Positions 37,133-47,647 of a stretch of 64,000 nucleotides of DNA are shown here, piece after piece (the stretch's first letter is position 1; every line of letters begins with the position of its first letter). The stretch is from assembly GCA_038250515.1 (NCBI GenBank), contig JBBSCG010000004.1, forward strand, positions 5,108 to 69,107, given 5' to 3'. Source of the stretch: Candidatus Limnocylindria bacterium (GTDB taxonomy: Bacteria > Chloroflexota > Limnocylindria > QHBO01). The position numbers were made by a program, and so were the translations under genes. Under the pieces are notes generated by a model, which had not been told where the DNA came from, did no database searches, and worked only from the letters and a program-made list of their open reading frames with translations.

Positions 37133-37795
37133 CTAGGCCGTCGCCCGGGCGCGTGCCCACGGAGTGAGCGCGCGCTGCAGCCACACGAAGAGCAGGTCGG
37201 CGACGACGGCGAGCGTCACTGAGAGAATGGCACCCACATAGATTGCGGTCGGGAAGAAGCGGCTGATGCCGATGTTCAGGATGAAGTAGCCCAGCCCACC
37301 CTCGCCGATGAACGAGGTGACCGTGACCAGTCCGATGGTGGTCACCGTCGTGATGCGCAGGCCGGCGATGATGACCGGCAGGGCCAGCGGCAACTCGACG
37401 CGCCACAGCCGCTGCGTGGTGGTGAAGCCCATGCCATCGGCTGCTTCGAGGATCTCGGGTGCGATGCCGTCGAGCCCGGCCAGAATGTTGCGGATCAGGA
37501 TCAGCAGCGTGTAGCTGACCATGGCGATCTCTGCCGTGAGCAGGCTCAGTCCAGTGAACGGGATCAGCAGCCCGAAGGCGGCGAGGCTCGGAATGGCGTA
37601 CATCGCTCCGGCGATGCCGATGGTCGGGCCACGCAGCACGCGATAGCGCCGCGCCAGCAGCGCGAGCGCCAGGGAGAGGGCGAAGCCGATGCTGATGGCA
37701 ATCGCCGTGATCTCGAGGTGCTGCAGCGTCCGCGCGCCGATCTCGCCGAGGTTGTCGACGACCCAGTCGGGGCGGAAGAACGGCTGGTCAGCCAT
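37133..37795 (-). CDS. Osmoprotectant ABC permease
   Basis: EAADGMG, VELPLA, IPSLA. Confidence 0.9.
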   Translation of the reverse strand: MADQPFFRPDWVVDNLGEIGARTLQHLEITAIAISIGFALSLALALLARRYRVLRGPTIGIAGAMYAIPSLAAFGLLIPFTGLSLLTAEIAMVSYTLLILIRNILAGLDGIAPEILEAADGMGFTTTQRLWRVELPLALPVIIAGLRITTVTTIGLVTVTSFIGEGGLGYFILNIGISRFFPTAIYVGAILSVTLAVVADLLFVWLQRALTPWARARATA

Positions 37796-38945
37796 CGGTG
37801 GCGACCGAGCGCACCTCACGCCGAAGAATCTCGGCGATCTGGTCGACACTCACCAGGCCGATGACCGAGTCCTTCTCGTCGACCACGGCGCCCAGCTGCA
37901 CGCTCGAGCCGAGCATCGCGGACAGCGCATCCCGCAGCGTCGATTCGGGGTCGAGCAGCGGTGCACCAGGCGTGGCCAGGTTCGCGGGCAGCGTGCCATC
38001 GCCGGCAAGCTGGGCCGCCTCGACCCAGCCGAGTGGCCGATTTCGATTGTCGACCAGCAGTACGTAATCGACTTCGGCTCCACCCAGGCGCCGTCGCAGC
38101 TTGGCGAGCGGCTCGCCGGCATGCGCCAGGGCCGGCTGGATGAGCGGCAGATCGCGCACGCGTGCCAGGGAGAGCCGCTTCAGCCCGCGATCGGCTCCGA
38201 CGAAACGCTCGACGAAGTTGCTCGCCGGCGCGGACAGGATCGCCTCCGGGGTGTCGTACTGGGCGAGCACGCCGCCGACCTGCAGGATGGCGATGCGGTC
38301 GGCCATCTTGATCGCCTCGTCGACGTCGTGGGTGACGAAGATGATGGTCTTGCGCACGCGCGCCTGGAGCCGCAGGAACTCGTTCTGGAGCCGGTCGCGG
38401 CGGATGGGATCCACGGCGCCGAAGGGCTCGTCCATGAGCATCACCGGTGGGTCGGCCGCGAGGGCACGGCCAACGCCGACGCGCTGGCGCTCGCCACCGG
38501 ACAGCTCGGCGGGGTAGCGCTCGCGATAGGCGGCCGGATCGAGGCCAACCAGGTCGAGCAGCTCGTCGACCCGCTCGCGAATGCGCCCTGGACGCCATTT
38601 CAGCAGCTTCGGCACGATTGCCACGTTGTCGGCGACGGTGAGGTGCGGGAAGAGGCCGACCTGCTGGATGACGTAGCCGATGCGACGCCGCAGCTCGACC
38701 GCCGGCAGCTTCATGACGTCCTCGCCGTCGATCAGGACGCGGCCGCTGGTCGGCTCGACCAGGCGGTTGATCATCTTCATGGTGGTCGTCTTGCCGCAGC
38801 CCGACGGCCCGACCAGCACGCAGATCTGCCCGGCCGGCACGGTCAGCGACAGGTCGTTGACGGCCGGCTTGCTCGAGCTCGGGCCGTAGCGCTTGGTCAG
38901 GTGGTCGAGCTCGACCACCGCGCCGCCGCCGTTGGCGTTGATCAT
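37788..38945 (-). CDS. Osmoprotectant ABC ATPase with CBS domains
   Basis: GPSGCGKTT, LSGGE, MDEPFGAVD and a C-terminal CBS pair. Confidence 0.92.
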   Translation of the reverse strand: MINANGGGAVVELDHLTKRYGPSSSKPAVNDLSLTVPAGQICVLVGPSGCGKTTTMKMINRLVEPTSGRVLIDGEDVMKLPAVELRRRIGYVIQQVGLFPHLTVADNVAIVPKLLKWRPGRIRERVDELLDLVGLDPAAYRERYPAELSGGERQRVGVGRALAADPPVMLMDEPFGAVDPIRRDRLQNEFLRLQARVRKTIIFVTHDVDEAIKMADRIAILQVGGVLAQYDTPEAILSAPASNFVERFVGADRGLKRLSLARVRDLPLIQPALAHAGEPLAKLRRRLGGAEVDYVLLVDNRNRPLGWVEAAQLAGDGTLPANLATPGAPLLDPESTLRDALSAMLGSSVQLGAVVDEKDSVIGLVSVDQIAEILRREVRSVATDG

Positions 38946-38992
38946 CGGTGCATCATACGGAGGGCGCCGCAATCTCCCTACACTTGAGCGTC

Positions 38993-39721
38993 ATGCTCCA
39001 CGCTCGCCGAACCGGTCCCTCAATGCTGGTGCTGGCCGCGATGGCCTGCCTGGCGGCGGTGGCCCTCCTCGCCCTGCTGGTCAGCGCCGGTATCACGCGG
39101 CCCGTGGACGTGTCGATCATCGATGCGGTGCGCAGTGATGCGCTGCTCGCGGCGCTCTCTTTCCTGACGCCCACGACCAGCCTCGGATCGACTCCCTGGA
39201 TCACCGCCATGTCACTGCTGGTGCTGTTCGTCGAGCTCGTCGGGCGGCGGCCGTGGCTGGGCCTCGCGGCGGCCGGCACCATCGGTCTGGCGTCAGTCTT
39301 CAACACCGGCATCAAGGACCTTGTGCATCGGGTCCGGCCCGACTTCCTGCCGCCGCTCGAGATTGAGCCCGGCTACAGCTTTCCATCGGGTCACGCCGCA
39401 CTGTCGGTGGTCGCCTACGGCATCTTCGCGGTGCTCATCGCGCACAGCTCGTTGCCGCGCTCGGTGAAGGTGGTGGCGATTGGTGCGCTGGCGCTGCTGA
39501 TTGGCCTCATCGGCCTGTCACGCATCTACCTCGGGGTTCATTACCCGAGCGACGTGCTGGGTGGCTGGCTCACGGGAGCCACCATCGTGCTGCTGTTTGA
39601 GGCGCTGGTGAGGTCGCGCTTCGCTCCGACTGTCAGCCGCGAGGCGTCGACGGCGCCAGGCGACGGAGCGGCTGTCGCGGATCGAGCAGTGTCACGATCC
39701 GATCCACCTGCGCCGGGGTGA
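38993..39721 (+). CDS. PAP2-family membrane phosphatase
   Basis: K-x6-RP, SFPSGH, SRIYLGVHYPSDV. Confidence 0.92.
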   Translation: MLHARRTGPSMLVLAAMACLAAVALLALLVSAGITRPVDVSIIDAVRSDALLAALSFLTPTTSLGSTPWITAMSLLVLFVELVGRRPWLGLAAAGTIGLASVFNTGIKDLVHRVRPDFLPPLEIEPGYSFPSGHAALSVVAYGIFAVLIAHSSLPRSVKVVAIGALALLIGLIGLSRIYLGVHYPSDVLGGWLTGATIVLLFEALVRSRFAPTVSREASTAPGDGAAVADRAVSRSDPPAPG

Positions 39722-40205
39722 GCACCTCGTCACGCGAGATGCGTTCGGCGAGGCGCGCGATGTCGTGATGGACGTGCAGGCCCGGCCGCTCGGTCGACTC
39801 CCAGTCGATCTGAACGTCGGGTGCCACCAGCAGCACTGGCTCCACATTTGCCGGCAGCCCGGCGCGATCCAGATGCAGCTCCAGCCGATGCCCTGCCAGC
39901 CGCGCGTTCGTCACCGGCTCGGCGGCCCACGGAACCCAGGACTCGGTGGAGCGGTTCCATCGGTACCAATGTCCGTTGCGCTTGAGGAACCGGCCGGTCT
40001 CGTTGTCCGGCATGATCGTCCAGGTGCCGCCCGTTCCGACCAGCACCGCATCGATCGGCTGCGCACCGGCGTAGACCCGGCGCAGGTAATGGAAGCCGTC
40101 GTCGAGCTGCCGCGCCAGGCCGTTCGCCAAGCGATCGGAACCCAGGCTCGAGAAGCTTGGAATGCCGAGGCGATAACCGCGTGAGATGGGTTGATGCAGG
40201 ATCAT
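39633..40205 (-). CDS. NERD-like domain protein
   Basis: LDDGFHYL...IDAVLVGTGG, followed by a Trp-rich segment. Confidence 0.55.
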   Translation of the reverse strand: MILHQPISRGYRLGIPSFSSLGSDRLANGLARQLDDGFHYLRRVYAGAQPIDAVLVGTGGTWTIMPDNETGRFLKRNGHWYRWNRSTESWVPWAAEPVTNARLAGHRLELHLDRAGLPANVEPVLLVAPDVQIDWESTERPGLHVHHDIARLAERISRDEVLTPAQVDRIVTLLDPRQPLRRLAPSTPRG

Positions 40206-40302
40206 GGCGCTGAAGGATCGTCTCTCGTGAGGCGGGCGGATCGGTCATGTCCAGTCTAGCCGGTGCGCGGAGGCACGCCCCCCTACTGATAGCATGCCGA
40301 AC

Positions 40303-40878
40303 ATGAACCATCAGGCCATGCCGACCGGGCAGCTCGAGAGTGCGGTTCGCACGCTCCTCGAGGAGATCGGCGAGGACCCCACGCGTCCCGGACTGGTCGA
40401 CACGCCGGGGCGCGTGCGACGTATGTACGGCGAGCTGACATCGGGCTACCAGACCGATCCGGATGCGCTGATCAACGGCGCCTGCTTCGAGGTCGACTAC
40501 GACGAGATGGTCGTCGTCCGCGATGTCGAGTTCTTCTCGCTGTGCGAGCACCATCTCCTGCCGTTCTATGGTCGCGCCCACGTCGGTTACCTGCCACGCG
40601 GCAGAGTCATCGGTCTGTCGAAGATTCCGCGCATCGTCGACATGTTCGCTCGGCGCCTGCAGGTGCAGGAGCGGATGACCCAGCAGATCGCGGCGTTTCT
40701 GATGGAGCGGTTAGATCCCAAGGGCGTGGCCTGCGTCGTGGAGGGTTCGCACCTGTGCACCAGGATGCGCGGCGTGCGGAAGGAGCAGGCCTCGATGGTG
40801 ACATCCGCCATGCTCGGCACGTTCCGGCGCGACGGTCGTACCCGCAACGAGTTCCTGAAGCTGATCGGGCGCGGGTAG
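40303..40878 (+). CDS. folE: GTP cyclohydrolase I
   Basis: [30 protein letters not shown]. Confidence 0.95.
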   Translation: MNHQAMPTGQLESAVRTLLEEIGEDPTRPGLVDTPGRVRRMYGELTSGYQTDPDALINGACFEVDYDEMVVVRDVEFFSLCEHHLLPFYGRAHVGYLPRGRVIGLSKIPRIVDMFARRLQVQERMTQQIAAFLMERLDPKGVACVVEGSHLCTRMRGVRKEQASMVTSAMLGTFRRDGRTRNEFLKLIGRG

Positions 40879-40891
40879 AATCGGCGGGCCG

Positions 40892-41305
40892 ATGACCGAC
40901 GATCGCTCGATTCCCATCCGCGTTCTCATCGCCAAGCCCGGCCTCGACGGCCACGACCGTGGTGCCAAGGTGCTCGCCCGCGGCCTGCGCGACGAGGGCT
41001 TCGAGGTGATCTACACGGGCCTGCGCCAGACGCCCGAGATGGTGGCCGACGCCGCCGAGCAGGAGGACGTCGACGTCGTGGGCCTGTCGATCCTGTCCGG
41101 CGCGCACATGGCGCTGCTGCCGCGCATCGCCGAGCTGGTCCGCGAGCGCGGCATGGACGACGTGCTGATCGCAGCCGGCGGAATCATCCCCGACGCCGAC
41201 ATCACGAAGCTCAAGGCGGCGGGCATCGCCGAGGTCTTCGGCCCGGGAACCAGCATCGGGCAGATCGCGCGCTACTTCCGAGAGCACGCGCGCATTCGCG
41301 CGTGA
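40892..41305 (+). CDS. Acyl-CoA mutase small (cobalamin-binding) subunit
   Basis: [29 protein letters not shown]. Confidence 0.93.
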   Translation: MTDDRSIPIRVLIAKPGLDGHDRGAKVLARGLRDEGFEVIYTGLRQTPEMVADAAEQEDVDVVGLSILSGAHMALLPRIAELVRERGMDDVLIAAGGIIPDADITKLKAAGIAEVFGPGTSIGQIARYFREHARIRA

Positions 41306-42222
41306 TCGACTTCGCGGCGCTCATCGAGGCCGCGCGGACTGGCGAGCGACGGCCACTGGCGCGGCTGTTGACGGCCATCGAAAGCGGCGATCCTTCGCTG
41401 CGACCGATGCTGCCGCAGCTCTTCGCCGCGGGCCGCGGCGGACACCTGGTGGGCATCACCGGCCCACCAGGAAGTGGCAAGTCGACCCTCGTCAGCGCGC
41501 TGATCGGCGAGTTCCGCAGACGTGGGCGGCGAGTCGGCATCCTGGCGGTCGATCCCAGCTCGCCCTACACCGGCGGCGCGATCATGGGTGACCGCATCCG
41601 GATGATGGATCACGCGGCCGATCGGGACGTGTTCATGCGCTCCATGGCGTCGCGCGGTGAGCTCGGTGGACTGGCCGCGGCCACCTGGATCGCCGCGGCG
41701 GCGCTCGATGCCGCGGGCTACGACCCGATCCTGGTCGAGACGGTCGGGGCGGGCCAGTCGGAGGTTGAGGTCGCGCGGTTGGCGGAGACGACGGTCGTGG
41801 TCGAGGTGCCGGAGATGGGCGACGAGGTGCAGGCCATCAAGGCCGGGCTGCTGGAGGTTGCCGACGTGATCGTCGTCAACAAGGGTGACCGACCTGGCGC
41901 GCCGCGCGCCGCTCGGCAGCTGCGCGCGATGATGTCGACCGCCGGAGGGCGCGTCGAGCGCAAGCCGCCGCCGATCATCGTCACTACTGCGACCACCGGT
42001 GAGGGTGTGGCCGCCCTGGCGGACGCCATTGAGAAGCATCGGTCCGTTGCGCGCTCTCCGGAGCAGGCGCGGCATCGCGCTCGAGGCCAGATCGCTCGGG
42101 CGCTGGCCGACCTGGCGCTGCGCCGGGCTCGCGGTGCCGCAGGATGGGATCGGACGCTCGACGAGGTTGCTGCCCGCGACCTCGATCCAATCACTGCCGC
42201 CGAGCGCCTCTTCGACGTCTGA
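41302..42222 (+). CDS. meaB: MeaB-family mutase-associated GTPase
   Basis: [35 protein letters not shown]. Confidence 0.92.
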   Translation: MIDFAALIEAARTGERRPLARLLTAIESGDPSLRPMLPQLFAAGRGGHLVGITGPPGSGKSTLVSALIGEFRRRGRRVGILAVDPSSPYTGGAIMGDRIRMMDHAADRDVFMRSMASRGELGGLAAATWIAAAALDAAGYDPILVETVGAGQSEVEVARLAETTVVVEVPEMGDEVQAIKAGLLEVADVIVVNKGDRPGAPRAARQLRAMMSTAGGRVERKPPPIIVTTATTGEGVAALADAIEKHRSVARSPEQARHRARGQIARALADLALRRARGAAGWDRTLDEVAARDLDPITAAERLFDV

Positions 42223-42296
42223 GCCGGAGGAGTTGATCGGGACATGGCGGTCCGTACGATCTTCGCGCGGCCCCGCCCCTGCTAGGCTTCTGCCAC

Positions 42297-43169
42297 ATGA
42301 CCATCGAACGCATCTTTGTCGTCGGCGCCGGGCTGATGGGCCACGGCATCGCGCAGGTCAGCGCCGCTGCCGGCAAGCAGGTCACCCTCGCCGATCGCAC
42401 CGCTGAGCTCGCGGAAAAGGGCAAGCAGCGCATCGCCGCCAACCTCACGCGCCAGGTCGACAGAGGCAGGCTGCAGCAAGGCGCGGCGGACGAGATCCTG
42501 GGACGCATCGGTACCGCGGTCGGAACCGAGCAAGCGACCGACTACGACCTGATCGTCGAAGCGGTCTTCGAGGACGAGCCGCTGAAGCGCGACACGTGGG
42601 CGCACCTGAGCCAGGTCGCCAGCCCGCGAACGATTTTCGCCAGCAACACCAGCAGCATCAGCATCACCAGCCTCGCGACGGCGAGCGACCGCCCGGCGCA
42701 GTTCATCGGTCTGCATTTCTTCTCGCCCGTCCCTGTCATGAAGCTGATCGAGATCATCCGTGGTCTCGAGACCAACGACGCGACGTTCGTTGCCATGCGC
42801 CAGCTTGCCGAGCAGCTGGGCAAGACCGTGATCGAGTCGAAGGACTATCCGGGGTTCCTGGTGAACCGCCTGCTCGGCCCGTTCATCAACGAGGCGGTGT
42901 TCGCGCTGATGGAGTCGACCGGCACCGCGGAGGACATCGACACCGGCGCCAGGCTCGGCCTGAACCACCCGATGGGACCGCTCGAGCTCAGTGACTTCAT
43001 CGGCAACGATGTGATGCTGGGCGTGATGGACGTCCTGTACCGCGGCTTCGGCGATCCGAAGTTCCGCGCCGCACCGTTGCTGCGCCAGATGGTTGCCGCC
43101 GGACACCTCGGTCGGAAGACGGGCGAGGGCTTCTACCGATACGACGAGCAGGGCACCAAGATCCGCTGA
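42297..43169 (+). CDS. 3-hydroxybutyryl-CoA dehydrogenase
   Basis: GAGLMGHGI, ASNTSS, GLHFFSP, NHPMGPL. Confidence 0.92.
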   Translation: MTIERIFVVGAGLMGHGIAQVSAAAGKQVTLADRTAELAEKGKQRIAANLTRQVDRGRLQQGAADEILGRIGTAVGTEQATDYDLIVEAVFEDEPLKRDTWAHLSQVASPRTIFASNTSSISITSLATASDRPAQFIGLHFFSPVPVMKLIEIIRGLETNDATFVAMRQLAEQLGKTVIESKDYPGFLVNRLLGPFINEAVFALMESTGTAEDIDTGARLGLNHPMGPLELSDFIGNDVMLGVMDVLYRGFGDPKFRAAPLLRQMVAAGHLGRKTGEGFYRYDEQGTKIR

Positions 43170-44350
43170 TGGACGAATCGACCGCGGCCGTCCGCGATCC
43201 CTTCGCCCTCAGCGCCGAGGAGCGCAGCGTGCGCGACACGGTGCGCGAGTTCGCGCAGCGCGAGATCGCGCCCGGTGCCGCCGAGCGCGACGAGCAGGAG
43301 CGCTACGACCGGCACCTGTTCGAGCGAGCCGGCGAGCTGGGAATCACCGGGCTGCCATATCCGGAGAAGGTCGGCGGCGCGGGCATGGGCACCTTCGCCT
43401 GGATCCTGGCCTGCGAGGAGATCGCGGCGGCCGACATGGGCCTGGCGGTGTCACTCAGCGTCCATATCCTGAGCCAGCTGTGCATCTTCGCCAGCGGGAC
43501 CGATGCGCAGAAGCAGCACTTCCTGCCGCCGATGACCGCCGGACGGGAACTCGGCGCCTTCGCGCTCACCGAGCCCGGCGCCGGCTCCGATGCTTCGGCG
43601 ATCGCGCTGCGCGCCGAGCGCGACGGGGACGACTATCTGCTCTCCGGCACCAAGATCTGGATCAGCAACGCCGGCGATGCAGAGCGCTACGTGGTCTTCG
43701 GCACGGTCGACCGGAGTAAGGGTAAGGACGGCATCACCGCCTTCGTCGTCGAGCGTGACACGCCCGGGTTCCGGGTCGGCAGCAAGGAGCACAAGATGGG
43801 CATCCGTGGCACGACCGCCGCCGAGCTCGTGTTCGAGTCGGCGCGCGTTCCTGCCGCGAATCGCCTTGGTGATGAGGGAGCCGGCCTGAAGGTCGCGCTC
43901 GGCGCGCTCGGATCGGGCCGCATCAGCATCGCGGCGGCCTGCGTGGGGCTCGCCCGATCGGCGCTCGAGCTTGCCGGCCGCTACGCCCTCCAGCGCAGCC
44001 AGTTCGGCCGGCCGATCGGCCAGCAGGAGATGATCCAGGCAATGCTCGCCGACATGGCCACCGCGGTCGAGTCGGCGCGGCTGCTGACCTGGCGGGCCGC
44101 TCGCATGCGTGACGCCGGGCAACCGATCAACGCGGCGTCGAGCATGGCCAAGATGTACGCCAGCGACGTTGCCATGCGCGTCAGCACCGACGCCGTCCAG
44201 ATCTACGGCGGCGCCGGCTACAGCCGCGACAATCCGGTCGAGCGCCTCATGCGCGACGCCAAGGGCGCGCAGATCTACGAGGGCACCAACCAGATCCATC
44301 GGTTGATCATCGCCCAGCATCTGCTCGACGGCCTTCGTCGCGAAGGATGA
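43169..44350 (+). CDS. Acyl-CoA dehydrogenase
   Basis: FALTEPGAGSD, KMGIRG, IYEGTNQI. Confidence 0.93.
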   Translation: MDESTAAVRDPFALSAEERSVRDTVREFAQREIAPGAAERDEQERYDRHLFERAGELGITGLPYPEKVGGAGMGTFAWILACEEIAAADMGLAVSLSVHILSQLCIFASGTDAQKQHFLPPMTAGRELGAFALTEPGAGSDASAIALRAERDGDDYLLSGTKIWISNAGDAERYVVFGTVDRSKGKDGITAFVVERDTPGFRVGSKEHKMGIRGTTAAELVFESARVPAANRLGDEGAGLKVALGALGSGRISIAAACVGLARSALELAGRYALQRSQFGRPIGQQEMIQAMLADMATAVESARLLTWRAARMRDAGQPINAASSMAKMYASDVAMRVSTDAVQIYGGAGYSRDNPVERLMRDAKGAQIYEGTNQIHRLIIAQHLLDGLRREG

Positions 44351-46311
44351 GCGAGCGCATCAACGTCGCGGACGATCAGGCGGTTGCCGCGCCTGAGGAG
44401 GTCGAGCCCGTCCATCCCGCTCAGGTGGCGCCATTCGAGCCGCTGCGCGTCGCGGAGGAGGATCGCGTCGCGAACCTGCTCGAGCTGGTGCACCGCACCG
44501 CTCGGCGCCAACCGGACCGCGAGGCGCTGCGCTGGAAGCTGCCGAAGTCGCGCCGCCCGAGCGGTGGCGAGGCGCAGACGGAGGCCGTCTCGTGGACGAG
44601 CACCACCTACCGCGAGACGTGGGAATGGATCCGCGACGTGTCGCTGGGCATGCAGCAGCTGGGGATCACCGACGGCGACCGCGTCTGCATCATCAGCCGC
44701 ACCCGTGCGCTGTGGCTGATCGCGGACCTGGCCACCATGGCGCTCGGCGCGGTTTCCTGCCCGATCTACCCGTCATCGGAGGCGAACCAGGCGGCATTCA
44801 TCATCAACAATGTCGGCGCGAAGCTGATCTTCGTCGAGAACGCGCAGCAGGCGGCCAAGATCGCATCGGTCAGGGAGGAATGCCCGACCCTGGAGCACGT
44901 CGTCGTCGTGGAGGACCGCGGCAAGCCGGCGGAGGGCACGGTCACGCTCGACGACGTGTTCGACCTGGCGCCGACCGATCCCGACCATCGCCGGCTGTGG
45001 GACGAAAGCTGGCGGAGGCTCACGCGGGAGACGCTGGCCACGATCATCCACACCTCGGGCACGACCGGTGATCCGAAGGGCGCGATGATCACGCACGGCA
45101 ACCTCGTGTTCAACTACGAGGCCGTCATCCAGTGCGTCGACTTCACGCCCGATGACGTCTTCCTCTCGTGGCTACCCCTGTCGCACATCTACGAGCGGGT
45201 GGCGGGCATGGTCGTGCCGATGGGCCGCGGCTGCACGATCGCCTACGCCGAGCCGCTGATCGAGCGGCTGCCGGCCAACATGGTCGAGGTGCAGCCGACG
45301 GTGATGGTCGCGGTACCGCGGCTGTATGAGCGGGTGTTCGCGCGCGTCACCGCGACCGTCGAGTCGGGACCGGAGCTGCGGCAGCAGATCTTCCACTGGG
45401 CCGTCGGCCTCGGCCGGCACAAATACGCCAACCACCTCGAAGGGCGCCGCGACTCGTTCTGGCTCACGGCGCAGTTCGCCCTCGCCGACCGGCTGGTCTT
45501 CGCCAAGATCCGAGGGCGGACCGGCGGTCGGGTCCGCTACTTCGTCTCGGGCTCGGCGCCGCTGGCGCGCGAGATCGGCGAGTTCTTCTACGCCTGCGGG
45601 ATGCTGGTGCTCGAAGGCTACGGCCTGACCGAGACGTCCCCCTTCGTGTCCATCAACCGGCCCGATGACTTCGTGTTCGGCACGGTCGGGCGTCCCGCTC
45701 CGGGCACCGAGGTGCGCATCGAGCAGGGAAGCGGCGAGATCGTGGTGCGCGGGCCGCAGATCATGCGCGGCTACCTCAACCAGCCGGAGGAAACGGCTCG
45801 CGTCATCGATGCGGACGGCTGGTTCCACACCGGCGACATCGGCGAGGTCGACTCCGGCGGACGGATTCGAATCACCGATCGGCTCAAGAACATCATCGTG
45901 CTGGCCAACGGCAAAAACGTGTCTCCGGCACCGATGGAGGCAGCCCTCTCGACCTCGCGTTACATCGCGCAGGCGGTGATCCTGGGCGACCGCCGGCCGT
46001 ACACCGGTGCGCTGATCGCCCCTGATTTCGAGGAGCTCGGCCCGTGGGCGGCCGCCAACGGGCTGGCCGCGATGCCACCCGAGCAGCTCGTTGAGGAGCG
46101 TTCCATCCAGAAGCTCTTCGACCAGGAGGTCAAGCGCACGCTGGACGGTTTCGCCATCTTCGAGCGGCCGCGCCGCGTGGTGTTGCTGCCCCGGCTGCTC
46201 TCCGAGGAGGCGGGCGAGCTCACGCCGTCGATGAAGACGAAGAACCGCGTCGTGCTCGCCAATTGGCCGGACAAGGTCGCACACCTGTTCGACGAGGAGA
46301 CGGGCGACTGA
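44347..46311 (+). CDS. Long-chain fatty acid-CoA ligase
   Basis: HTSGTTGDPKG, EGYGLTE, GWFHTGDIG, ELTPSMK. Confidence 0.92.
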   Translation: MSERINVADDQAVAAPEEVEPVHPAQVAPFEPLRVAEEDRVANLLELVHRTARRQPDREALRWKLPKSRRPSGGEAQTEAVSWTSTTYRETWEWIRDVSLGMQQLGITDGDRVCIISRTRALWLIADLATMALGAVSCPIYPSSEANQAAFIINNVGAKLIFVENAQQAAKIASVREECPTLEHVVVVEDRGKPAEGTVTLDDVFDLAPTDPDHRRLWDESWRRLTRETLATIIHTSGTTGDPKGAMITHGNLVFNYEAVIQCVDFTPDDVFLSWLPLSHIYERVAGMVVPMGRGCTIAYAEPLIERLPANMVEVQPTVMVAVPRLYERVFARVTATVESGPELRQQIFHWAVGLGRHKYANHLEGRRDSFWLTAQFALADRLVFAKIRGRTGGRVRYFVSGSAPLAREIGEFFYACGMLVLEGYGLTETSPFVSINRPDDFVFGTVGRPAPGTEVRIEQGSGEIVVRGPQIMRGYLNQPEETARVIDADGWFHTGDIGEVDSGGRIRITDRLKNIIVLANGKNVSPAPMEAALSTSRYIAQAVILGDRRPYTGALIAPDFEELGPWAAANGLAAMPPEQLVEERSIQKLFDQEVKRTLDGFAIFERPRRVVLLPRLLSEEAGELTPSMKTKNRVVLANWPDKVAHLFDEETGD

Positions 46312-46342
46312 TCAGTATCGGTCTCCGCGGTACCATGACGTC

Positions 46343-47524
46343 ATGAACGACGTGTACATCCTTTCCGCTGCCCGAACGCCCATCGGCAAGTTCGGCGGTG
46401 GACTTTCGACGACGCCCGCTCCCGAGCTGGGAGCGGTCGCCATTCGCGCCGCGGTCGAGCGGGCGGGGATCGCGCCCGAGAGCGTGGACGAGGCGATCAT
46501 GGGCGAGGTGCTGCAGGCCGGCGTGGGCCAGGCACCGGCGCGCCAGGCGGCGCTCAAGGCGGGTCTGCCCGAGGGCGTCAGCGCAACGACCATCAACAAG
46601 GTCTGCGGCTCCGGCCTGAAGGCGGTGATGATGGGCAGCGCCGCCATCCGCGCCGGCGATGCCGAGCTGATCGTGGCCGGCGGGATGGAGAACATGAATC
46701 TCGGCCCGTACCTGATGCCCGGCGCGCGGACCGGCTACCGGCTGGGTGATCAGACCGTCGTGGACAGCACCGTGCACGACGGTCTGTGGTGCTCAAGCTG
46801 TGACGTGCATATGGGACTGCACGCCGAGCGGGTCGCCGGCAAGCACGACATCACGCGCGAGGCGCAGGACGCCTTCGCGCTGCGCTCCCACCAGCGCGCC
46901 ATCGCCGCGCAGGAGAGCGGCGCATTTGACGAGGAGATCGTGCCGGTCGAGGTTCCGGGCCAGAAGGGAACGACCACCGTCAGCCGCGACGAGGCGCCAC
47001 GGGCCGACACCAGCGCCGAGGCACTGGCCCGGCTGAAGCCGGCATTCCAGCCCGACGGCGGGACGGTCACGGCGGGCAACGCGCCGGGGATCACTGACGG
47101 CGCCGCGGCGCTGGTGCTTTGCGGCGATGCGGCGCTCGACCGCAACGGCCTCACGCCGATGGCGCGGATCATCGGTTACGTACAGGCTGATGTCGCACCG
47201 GAGTGGCTCTTCGAGGCGCCGATCCACGGCGTGCAGCGGCTGCTCGACAAGCTGGCGGTGAGCATCGACGAGTTCGACCTGATCGAGATCAACGAGGCGT
47301 TCGCCGCGCAGGTGCTGGCCGATGGCAACGCACTCGGCTTTGACTGGGACCGGGTCAACGTCAACGGCGGCGCGATCGCGCTCGGTCATCCGATCGGCGC
47401 ATCGGGCGCACGTGTCCTGACGACGCTGCTGTATGCGCTGAGGCATTCGGGCGGCCGCAACGGCCTCGCCACCCTGTGCCTTGGCGGCGGGGGAGCGGTC
47501 GCCCTCGCGGTCGAAATGCTCTAA
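46343..47524 (+). CDS. Acetyl-CoA C-acyltransferase (thiolase)
   Basis: NKVCGSG, NEAF, GHPIGASG, LCLGGG. Confidence 0.94.
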   Translation: MNDVYILSAARTPIGKFGGGLSTTPAPELGAVAIRAAVERAGIAPESVDEAIMGEVLQAGVGQAPARQAALKAGLPEGVSATTINKVCGSGLKAVMMGSAAIRAGDAELIVAGGMENMNLGPYLMPGARTGYRLGDQTVVDSTVHDGLWCSSCDVHMGLHAERVAGKHDITREAQDAFALRSHQRAIAAQESGAFDEEIVPVEVPGQKGTTTVSRDEAPRADTSAEALARLKPAFQPDGGTVTAGNAPGITDGAAALVLCGDAALDRNGLTPMARIIGYVQADVAPEWLFEAPIHGVQRLLDKLAVSIDEFDLIEINEAFAAQVLADGNALGFDWDRVNVNGGAIALGHPIGASGARVLTTLLYALRHSGGRNGLATLCLGGGGAVALAVEML

Positions 47525-47647
47525 GAGTTCGGCATGCGGGCTGCGATCCCTATAATCGAACATATTTCCCGCGTTCGCGGCCAGCTTCCGCCTGAGATGG
47601 CGTGCAGAGGCGCCAGGGCGCGCAACAAGGAGGCATTCCAACAGCCG

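Noticed and set aside
47551-47572. LexA-like box TCGAACATATTTCCCG next to TATAAT upstream of gdh
   Set aside because: Only the left half matches GAAC-N4-GTTC, and gdh is not a typical SOS target.
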